From assembly GCF_009734345.1 (NCBI RefSeq), contig NZ_CP032551.1:120001-152000 (forward strand): a stretch of 32,000 nucleotides of DNA, given 5' to 3'. Source of the DNA: Pseudidiomarina andamanensis. Its GTDB lineage: Bacteria; Pseudomonadota; Gammaproteobacteria; Enterobacterales; Alteromonadaceae. The notes beneath the pieces were generated by a model that saw only the letters and a list, made by a program, of their open reading frames with translations, ran no database searches and was not told where the DNA came from. This document shows, piece by piece, positions 24,805-31,747 of this stretch. Position numbers and translations under genes: made by a program. How positions within the stretch are numbered: the stretch's first letter is position 1; each line of letters opens with the position of its first letter.

Positions 24805-26952
24805 ATGGTTACACCGGTACAAATTCGCCCGAAAACGGCTGAAATTTACCTTGATTGCAACGCAACAACACCGGTGTTACCTCAGATAGCTCAAGCTGTT
24901 GAACACGTGATGGAACATGTGTTCGGAAACCCTTCCAGTAGTCATATTACCGGCCTTCAGGCTCGCTATATTCTCGACAATACACGTCGACTCGGACGCC
25001 AAGTCATTGGCGCACCGCGCGGACGCGTGTTCTTTACCAGCGGTGCTACCGAAGGTATTCAAACTGCTGTTTTGTCTGCCTTAACTGCTGCACGGAATAG
25101 CACGAACTTAGGCGGTAAACGCTGGTTACTCTATGGCGCGACCGAGCACAAAGCCGTGCCGCAAGCGCTTGAGCACTGGAATAAATTACTGCAACTGAAT
25201 GCTGAATTGAAACCGATACCCGTAGATAAACGCGGTAAGCTAGATCTGCAGTTTATCGCGGAGCATGTTGGTGCCGCGCATATGATCTGTACTATGGCCG
25301 TGAATAATGAAACGGGTGTGATGCAAGATCTAAAAGCCTTAGAGGACGTAATTCGCGCTGAAAATACGACCGTGCCGTGGATGGTTGACTGTGTTCAAGC
25401 ACTCGGGAAGCAATCGCTTCAGCTCAGCGAGACAACCATTGATTATGCACCTTTTAGTGGCCACAAACTTTATGGCCCTAAAGGCATTGGTTTTATGTAT
25501 GTTCGTGAAAGTGCGCCGTTTACACCATTGATTATTGGTGGTGGTCAGGAACAGGGGCAACGTTCAGGAACTGAAAACCTTCCAGGCATAGCGGCTTTAC
25601 ACGCGCTGTTTGAGTTGTTGTTAAATAATGAGCAGCAAGTTTTTCAGAGCCACGCAGTGCTTGAAGAATATCGGGAAAAATTACTGAACGCATTGCGTAG
25701 TGTATTTCCAACCTTGGTGCTGAACCATGAGCTTGCGGATTCAGTGCCAACCACGTTGAATTTCTCAGTGCGAGGTGTGCCGTCGCGCGACATTATGGAC
25801 GTGTTCGATGCGGCAAATATTCGTGTCAGCTCTGGTTCGGCGTGTAGCTCTGGCGTTACCCGAAGTTTCGTTCTTGATGCAATGGGTTTGGAGGCGTGGC
25901 GCTCTAGTTCAGCCATTCGTCTTTCATTCGGTCCTGCCACTTCAGCGGCTACCATTGATGCTGCGTGCGCACGCATTCGTGATGCGGCAATGGCATTAAG
26001 ACAATCTTGTCTATTAGTTTCTGATACCAATGAAGATGTTGATAGCAACCTTGATGGGGTCGTTCAACTTCGCTTTGATAGCCACTGTTGCTATTTACTT
26101 ATTGATAAAGCTGCCGGTGAAATGGCAGTGATTGATCCAGTTCCTGAGCTAGCTGAACGCATTGAACGATTAGTAGCGTGCCAGAATTATCGTGTGAAAG
26201 CCGTATTGACCACCGAAGCACAAGCGCCTGACAGCCCTGCAGCGATGCTCGCCCAGTTGCTATGTGCCAGTGGATGCAGTGCGCAGCGAGACGCGGTTGG
26301 CTGGCCATTAGATGCGGTTGGTGGATGCGAAGCGCCCGTTGAATGCCAAGTTGAGGTGTTCGGATGTCTGCGGGTCGGTAAACGTCGCTTATACCGTGTT
26401 GGTACGAGAGAACCATTGTTTTTATTAAGTTCACCGCTGATTGACGATGCATCGACGCCCCATGTTGATTTCGCGTTTATTGGCGAGCAAGACGACGTTG
26501 CGCAATTGATGAAAGCGGTACATGAGCAAACCCTCTTGCTTGCTCGTCGTGATGATGCGTTTCGAGTCGTTGAGAAGCTATGTGAAGTTTCAGGTGACTG
26601 TGTGCCGTGCCAGCTTATTGATGTATCGCTGGAACAACAGCAAGAGTGGTTGGCGCAGCCAGAAACCTTAGTCGTTGATGTGCGTGAGCAACAAGAGCAT
26701 CAAGTACGTCAACTATCGGTTGATGCAGAAGTGATCAATGTACCATTAACGCGCTTAGCTCAATTTATTTACAGCCATCGCGCGCAGTATAAACAACGCC
26801 CAATTGTTTGTGTGTGTCGTTCGGGCCACCGCAGTGCAGTTGCCGCGCAAGTGTTAGCGCGACACGGATTCGAACAAGTGAGCCACTTATCTGGCGGTAC
26901 TGCATTACTCATTGAAGCTGATGCGCGCGACAAAGCCATCTTTGCCAACTAA
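24805..26952 (+). CDS. three-domain protein: class-V (NifS/IscS-like) cysteine desulfurase, degenerate MBL/persulfide-dioxygenase-like middle domain, catalytic rhodanese domain
   Basis: 715 aa with GAAGGAG upstream, 18 nt after the nqrM stop. N-terminal domain: LDCNATTP, FTSGATEGIQ, the PLP-Lys motif FSGHKLYGPKG (Lys codon 25465-25467), RSGTENLPGIAAL and the persulfide loop SSGSACSSG (Cys codon 25843-25845). Middle domain, about aa 415-600: CCYLLIDKAAGEMAVIDPVPE...VKAVLTTEAQAPDS resembles the ETHE1/MBL N-terminal strand-loop pattern but has no HxHxDH. C-terminal domain: rhodanese with the active-site loop CRSGHRS (Cys codon 26815-26817). Confidence 0.8.
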   Translation: MVTPVQIRPKTAEIYLDCNATTPVLPQIAQAVEHVMEHVFGNPSSSHITGLQARYILDNTRRLGRQVIGAPRGRVFFTSGATEGIQTAVLSALTAARNSTNLGGKRWLLYGATEHKAVPQALEHWNKLLQLNAELKPIPVDKRGKLDLQFIAEHVGAAHMICTMAVNNETGVMQDLKALEDVIRAENTTVPWMVDCVQALGKQSLQLSETTIDYAPFSGHKLYGPKGIGFMYVRESAPFTPLIIGGGQEQGQRSGTENLPGIAALHALFELLLNNEQQVFQSHAVLEEYREKLLNALRSVFPTLVLNHELADSVPTTLNFSVRGVPSRDIMDVFDAANIRVSSGSACSSGVTRSFVLDAMGLEAWRSSSAIRLSFGPATSAATIDAACARIRDAAMALRQSCLLVSDTNEDVDSNLDGVVQLRFDSHCCYLLIDKAAGEMAVIDPVPELAERIERLVACQNYRVKAVLTTEAQAPDSPAAMLAQLLCASGCSAQRDAVGWPLDAVGGCEAPVECQVEVFGCLRVGKRRLYRVGTREPLFLLSSPLIDDASTPHVDFAFIGEQDDVAQLMKAVHEQTLLLARRDDAFRVVEKLCEVSGDCVPCQLIDVSLEQQQEWLAQPETLVVDVREQQEHQVRQLSVDAEVINVPLTRLAQFIYSHRAQYKQRPIVCVCRSGHRSAVAAQVLARHGFEQVSHLSGGTALLIEADARDKAIFAN

Positions 26953-27882
26953 ATAACAGCGTTGATTGATACAGGCGCTGTTCCAAATGTTTGCATCGCT
27001 CAATTGCTTCCAAGTCATATCGGCGCTGTTAAGATAAGCAGCGCCATTCGGGTTACTCACTAACATATCGCCGTTTGGGCGAACCGTTAAGCTGTAAAGT
27101 GCACCGTTAAACTCAGGCTCGGGCAGGGCGGCAAACTCGCCGTTTTGATACCGCATAAGTCGCGGAACTGCGGCGGGATCATTTAAATCACCACCAGCAA
27201 TAATTACATCGTTTTCAGCAAGTGGCCAAACGCTCGCAATACCGGCGCTAGGCCCAGCTGGCAGTGGCGTATCAATGGCTTTGAAACGAATACCAAAATT
27301 ACGTTTTACTAATAATCGAGCTTTACTGCTATTGGCGGTGCCAATGGCCCAGACATTGTTGTTAAAGCGTACACAACCGCCACTGGCAGCTAACCCGCCC
27401 TCATCGGGCAATGGCGCACTATCTACCACATTACTTGCCGATAACCAGTTGCGTCCGTCGGTGCTGCGTACCATTTCCCAGCGGCCTTCAAGACTATCGC
27501 CATATACCCAAGCTTCACCGCTATTCGCCATGGCGATGCAGTTAAGAAATTGATTCGAACCCGCACGATAGCGAAGTTGCCAATTGCGTCCGCCATTCGA
27601 AGTGTAATAAACGCGCGAGTCACCATTTTCGCCAATACTTAAGGCGTAGGCGTGGTTCGCATCAAGCGCTTCAATGTCGCGAAACTGCAGGCTTTCGTTG
27701 GCGGGATTAAAGTACTCCCATGTATCGCCAGCATCGGTGCTGCGAGCAATTGTTGCATTCGAGCCGCTCATCCAGACAACATTGTTGGTTGGTGCGCTAA
27801 CACCAATCCAATGCACGTCGGGCTTACTCTCTAAAGAGGTAACACTTATTGCCGTTGCAACAACCAAACTTACCGCAATCAT
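26905..27882 (-). CDS. BNR/Asp-box beta-propeller protein (Ycf48-like), secreted or membrane-anchored
   Basis: 325 aa with ACGAGG upstream and a hydrophobic N-terminus, MIAVSLVVATAISV. It has an Asp-box STDAGDTW plus degenerate repeats TSNGGRNW and STDGRNW. It lies 68 nt downstream of copA on the same strand, and its 3' end overlaps the convergent 24805..26952 gene by 48 nt. Confidence 0.6.
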   Translation of the reverse strand: MIAVSLVVATAISVTSLESKPDVHWIGVSAPTNNVVWMSGSNATIARSTDAGDTWEYFNPANESLQFRDIEALDANHAYALSIGENGDSRVYYTSNGGRNWQLRYRAGSNQFLNCIAMANSGEAWVYGDSLEGRWEMVRSTDGRNWLSASNVVDSAPLPDEGGLAASGGCVRFNNNVWAIGTANSSKARLLVKRNFGIRFKAIDTPLPAGPSAGIASVWPLAENDVIIAGGDLNDPAAVPRLMRYQNGEFAALPEPEFNGALYSLTVRPNGDMLVSNPNGAAYLNSADMTWKQLSDANIWNSACINQRCYLVGKDGFVARISFNE

Positions 27883-27950
27883 AAAGCCTCGTTTTTATTT
27901 AAGCGAATGCATCTATCGTGGCTGGTTCAGCGACTAAACACAAGCTAACT

Positions 27951-30176
27951 TCACCGCTTTGTCGGTAATCGTTGCAAACGAAGTGCGTTTAGAACCACTG
28001 AAACTGAGCTCAAGGCCATGGCGCCACCGGCTAACCATGGAGCCAACAAGCCGCTCGCAGCTACCGGAATTCCTAATGTGTTATACGCGAATGCCCAAAA
28101 TAAGTTTTGTCGTATATTGCGAACGGTTTTTTCGCTGACAAAAAGTGCATCAATGAGGCTTCGCAAATCAGCTCGCATGAGCGCGATATCTGCGGTTTCT
28201 AGCGCCACATCGGTTCCAGTGCCCATGGCAATACCAACGTGCGCTGTAGCAAGGGCTGGGGCATCGTTGATGCCATCTCCTACCATGGCCACAATCTCGC
28301 CTTGCTCACGCAGCTCGGTGACGTGTTTGGCTTTGTGTTCCGGCAATACTTCCGCGAAAATATGGTCGATGCCCACTTGTTTAGCAATAGCCTCAGCTGT
28401 GCGTTGGTTGTCGCCAGTAATCATCACGACTTTAAGTCCGCGTTGTTTTAATTGAGTAATTGCCTCTTTGGAATTCTCCCTTACGGTATCCGCTACTGCG
28501 ACAAGCCCCACCAATTGCTGATCACAACTAATCAGCATGACGGTTTTGCCCTCTTGCTCAAGCGTCTCTTTGCGTTCGATCCAGGCACTGCAGTCAATAT
28601 CATTTTCTTGCATCAGGCGCGCGGTTCCAATGCGAATGAAGTGCGTATTGTTATCAGAGTTAAGGGATGCCGAAACACCACGCCCCTCATGCGCTTTGAA
28701 GCTTTCAATAATGACCGATTTTGTATCCTCGGTAATGCCGGTAACAACGGCCTGAGCGAGTGGATGCTCTGATTGTTGTTCAAGCGCTTTGACGGCAGCT
28801 TTTACTTGTCCATCATTGAGTTTAAGGATGCTGGTATTCAGTTCAAGGTTGGTAAGTTTGGGCTTGCCCTCGGTAATTGTGCCGGTTTTATCAAGTACTA
28901 CACTGGTTACGGTGTGAGTAATTTCTAATATCTCGCTTTGTTTAAATAACACCCCCATTTGAGCTGCGCGACCAGAACCAGCCATGATCGATGTTGGTGT
29001 CGCCAACCCTAGGGCGCAAGGACATGCGATGACAAGCACCGCAACCGTTGCTTCAAGCGCCGAACCGTAATCCCCTGGTTGATACCAAAATGCCCAAACG
29101 AAGAATGTGATAACCGCAATGCCGAGAACCACCGGAACAAATATTGCAGAAACTTGGTCTGCTAAACGTTGAATAGGAGCTTTTGATGTTTGCGCTTGCT
29201 CAACGACTTTGATGATCTGCGCTAGTGCAGAGTCTTTGCCAAGTTTCTTAACTTTAGCCTTCAGAAAACCGTTTTTATTGATGGTACCGCCAGTTAATGA
29301 GTCACCTACTTGTTTATCAGCCGGTACACTTTCACCAGTCAACATCGATTCATCAACCGCGCTCTCGCCGCTCAATACTTCGCTGTCGGCGGGAACCTGT
29401 TGCCCCGGTTTTATATGAATAACATCGCCCAACTTTAACTCGGCAACGTTAACTTGCTCAGTTTCGCCGTCGTTACGTTCGCGCAGCGCTTGTTTTGGTT
29501 GTAGGTTTAGTAACTGTTTGATGGCCGCAGAAGATCGTCCTTTGGCGCGCGCCTCAAACCACTTACCCAACAGGATTAATGTGATAAGAACGGCACTGGT
29601 TTCAAAATAGAGACCGCCGTGAATCACTTGCTTACTCGCGAAAGCAGCTAAATAGACGCTGTAGAAGTATGCGGCGGATGTGCCCAATGCCACCAATACA
29701 TCCATATTCGCAGCACCACCACGAAGAGCGGTATAGCTCCCTTTATAAAATTGCCAACCAATAATAAATTGCACCGGTGTTGCAAGCGCCATTTGTACCC
29801 ACGGATTCATCAACCAATCGGGAACGTAAATACCGCTGGTCCAGCTAAAGTGCCCTAGCATGGTGTACAACAGTGGCACTGAAAGAATTGCAGCCGCAAT
29901 AAATTTATAAAACTGTACTTGCTGAACACGCTCTCGAGAGTCGTCTTGTTCAGGTTGCTCATGGTCGATGACACTCGCTTCATAACCTGCCTCTTTTACA
30001 GCTTCGACTAGTTTATTAGCGGCGACATTATCGGCTTCGACGGCGGCAATTTCAGTTGCAAAATTGACGTTAACCGAGCTGACCCCATCAACACCTTGAA
30101 GTGCTCGCTCAATTGTCTTTGCGCACCCAGCGCAACTCATTCCAGACAGCTGTAATTGATACTGTTGTGTGGCCAT
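27951..30176 (-). CDS. copA: Cu(I)-exporting P1B-type ATPase
   Basis: 741 aa. It has a single N-terminal HMA domain with GMSCAGCA, then TGES, the CPC motif (ACPCALGLATP), DKTGTIT and GDGINDAPAL. GGAG lies upstream of the ATG, 10 nt after the csoR stop. Confidence 0.9.
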   Translation of the reverse strand: MATQQYQLQLSGMSCAGCAKTIERALQGVDGVSSVNVNFATEIAAVEADNVAANKLVEAVKEAGYEASVIDHEQPEQDDSRERVQQVQFYKFIAAAILSVPLLYTMLGHFSWTSGIYVPDWLMNPWVQMALATPVQFIIGWQFYKGSYTALRGGAANMDVLVALGTSAAYFYSVYLAAFASKQVIHGGLYFETSAVLITLILLGKWFEARAKGRSSAAIKQLLNLQPKQALRERNDGETEQVNVAELKLGDVIHIKPGQQVPADSEVLSGESAVDESMLTGESVPADKQVGDSLTGGTINKNGFLKAKVKKLGKDSALAQIIKVVEQAQTSKAPIQRLADQVSAIFVPVVLGIAVITFFVWAFWYQPGDYGSALEATVAVLVIACPCALGLATPTSIMAGSGRAAQMGVLFKQSEILEITHTVTSVVLDKTGTITEGKPKLTNLELNTSILKLNDGQVKAAVKALEQQSEHPLAQAVVTGITEDTKSVIIESFKAHEGRGVSASLNSDNNTHFIRIGTARLMQENDIDCSAWIERKETLEQEGKTVMLISCDQQLVGLVAVADTVRENSKEAITQLKQRGLKVVMITGDNQRTAEAIAKQVGIDHIFAEVLPEHKAKHVTELREQGEIVAMVGDGINDAPALATAHVGIAMGTGTDVALETADIALMRADLRSLIDALFVSEKTVRNIRQNLFWAFAYNTLGIPVAASGLLAPWLAGGAMALSSVSVVLNALRLQRLPTKR

Positions 30177-30186
30177 AGTTAGCTCC

Positions 30187-30477
30187 TTAGCGTTTCAGCA
30201 AACGCTCAATGGTTGTATCCAGTTCGTCCAGCACGCTCTCGTCCCCCGATTGAATTCGATGTTTGACACAGCTGTGCATATGTTGTGTGAGTAACTTACG
30301 AGCGACCCCAGTTAATGCTGCTTGCACCGATGCAATTTGATTTAGAACATCATCACAGTATGTGTCATTTTCAATCATGCGTTGTAAACCGCGTACTTGC
30401 CCTTCAATGCGCGCAAGGCGTTGCTTGAGGTTCTGCTTTAATTTATCTGAATGGGGTGTAACGGTGTGTTGCATCAC
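30187..30477 (-). CDS. csoR: CsoR/RcnR/FrmR-family (DUF156) metal-sensing repressor, CsoR-type C-H-C ligand set
   Basis: 96 aa. Aligned to RcnR/FrmR from memory, Cys lies in TYCDDVL and His and Cys in QHMHSC, giving the x-C-H-C fingerprint of Cu(I)-sensing CsoR. It is immediately upstream of copA. AGAGGA lies upstream of the ATG. Confidence 0.75.
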   Translation of the reverse strand: MMQHTVTPHSDKLKQNLKQRLARIEGQVRGLQRMIENDTYCDDVLNQIASVQAALTGVARKLLTQHMHSCVKHRIQSGDESVLDELDTTIERLLKR

Positions 30478-30503
30478 GGAATCCTCTATAAAGTGATGCG
30501 TAT

Positions 30504-30532
30504 AATATAGGGGGCTACCCTATAAAGATCAA
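30504..30532 (-). promoter_or_regulatory. candidate sigma70 promoter of csoR-copA
   Basis: Reverse strand reads TTGATC, a 17-nt spacer, TATATT, about 27 nt upstream of the csoR ATG. Hand prediction. Confidence 0.45.
30506..30524. promoter_or_regulatory. candidate CsoR operator (G/C-tract palindrome)
   Basis: TATAGGG-GGCTA-CCCTATA is a perfect 7-bp inverted repeat with a 5-nt spacer. It fills the spacer between the predicted -35 and -10. The architecture (AT-flanked G/C tracts) is typical of CsoR/RcnR-family operators. Confidence 0.5.
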
Positions 30533-30596
30533 GTGCGTTGCTCGTTGTTCGTTATTCGTTATTCGAAAAAGCGAAAATAAAAAGGCGTTAAGACAC

Positions 30597-30634
30597 GAAA
30601 TCTCCGACGCACTGCGTGCGCGGAGATTTTTTTG
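30597..30634. terminator. strong GC-rich hairpin with T-run (canonical on + strand, A-run/hairpin on - strand)
   Basis: GAAATCTCCG-a-CGCAC-tgc-GTGCG-CGGAGATTT followed by TTTTTG. On the minus strand the same stem is followed only by TTTCGTGTCTT. It probably stops yciK read-through, and the canonical orientation faces the other way. Confidence 0.6.
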
Positions 30635-30648
30635 TTTAAGTTTGTTTT

Positions 30649-30729
30649 AACGAATAACGAATAACGAATAACGAATAACGAATAACGAATAACGAATAAC
30701 GAATAACGAATAACGAATAACGAATAACG
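30649..30729. repeat. perfect tandem heptamer array (AACGAAT) x 11 plus AACG
   Basis: Counted base by base: 81 nt with no mismatch. It ends 10 nt from the yciK stop codon. Confidence 0.95.
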
Positions 30730-30739
30730 CTTTTCGCAG

Positions 30740-31498
30740 TTACTGGGCGTTGAGGGATTGGTTGGTGATGCCGATACTGTCGTCTGACATCAAATACACA
30801 TAAGTCGGCATCAAATCTGCTGGTGTTTTCAACTTATTTGGATCTTCAGCTGGATAAGCTTTTGAGCGCATGGTGGTGCGCGTTGCGCCTGGATTGATGA
30901 CGTTGACGCGGACGTTGGTGCCGTCATACTCATCCGCCATCACTTGGGCAAGGCCTTCGGTCGCGAATTTACTGACCGCGTAGGGGCCCCAGAATGCGCG
31001 ACCTTGGCGACCTACACCTGATGAAGTGAAGATGATACTGGCGTTTGGTGCTTTCTTGAGTGCTGGCATGAGCGCTTGAGTCATCATGAACTGTGCGGTC
31101 ACATTGACTTGCATGATGTCGTTCCACGAGTCTAGGTCGATGTGCTCAAACGGTGATAAAACGCCGAGCAAGCTCGCATTTTGTAGTATGCCGTCTAACC
31201 GACCAAATTGCTCAATGATGGTGGCTGCCATGCCTTGATAGTGCGATTTTGTCGCGCCTTTCATATCGAGAGGCACAATGGCGGGCTCTGGGTGACCTGC
31301 CGCGATAATTTCATCGTAAACGGCTTCGAGCTTTTTGACGGTACGACCAAGCAGAATCACTGTTGCACCGCAGGCAGCAAATGTTTTTGCTGCTTCTCGG
31401 CCGATACCATCACCGGCGCCGGTAACTAAAATAATCTTATTTGCCAGTGAACCTTCTTGGATAACGTAGTTTTTCGGATCATTATGCATTGCAGTCAT
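30740..31498 (-). CDS. yciK: short-chain dehydrogenase/reductase, YciK-like
   Basis: 252 aa with the Rossmann motif VTGAGDGIG, NASLLG and the catalytic YAVSK. Length and N-terminal region resemble E. coli YciK from memory. Confidence 0.7.
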   Translation of the reverse strand: MTAMHNDPKNYVIQEGSLANKIILVTGAGDGIGREAAKTFAACGATVILLGRTVKKLEAVYDEIIAAGHPEPAIVPLDMKGATKSHYQGMAATIIEQFGRLDGILQNASLLGVLSPFEHIDLDSWNDIMQVNVTAQFMMTQALMPALKKAPNASIIFTSSGVGRQGRAFWGPYAVSKFATEGLAQVMADEYDGTNVRVNVINPGATRTTMRSKAYPAEDPNKLKTPADLMPTYVYLMSDDSIGITNQSLNAQ

Positions 31499-31747
31499 TT
31501 TCGGCTTACACTCTTGATTAACTGAACTGATGAATACGCTAAGTGTACTGGTTTTTGCTATTATTCTCAGTAACTGGGGATAAATTATTGAGAAATACTT
31601 TCAAGTTAAGCTCAGACAGTGTATAAAATTTTGTTAATTAAAACGTCTTGTCGTACCAGTTTAAAAAAGCGATGATAGGCAAATTGAACAACAGCATCCT
31701 GCAGGTGCTCAATACATAACAACACGAACAAGGATTGGGGAAGCCTC

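Larger units (their letters stand above)
30535..30729. repeat. heptamer-armed palindromic intergenic element, copy 4 (unique core, expanded right arm)
   Basis: The left arm is gc-GTTGCTC-GTTGTTC-GTTATTC-GTTATTC-g. The core contains a strong GC hairpin. The right arm is a perfect (AACGAAT)11 array. It lies between the yciK stop and the csoR promoter. Confidence 0.85.

Noticed and set aside
30649-30729. Possibility that the tandem array is a CRISPR array or an iteron-type plasmid origin.
   Set aside because: The units are 7 nt and contiguous with no spacers, so this is not a CRISPR array. No rep, par or cas genes lie nearby. The same heptamers occur in inverted arms at three other chromosomal intergenic sites, which fits a dispersed repeat family better.
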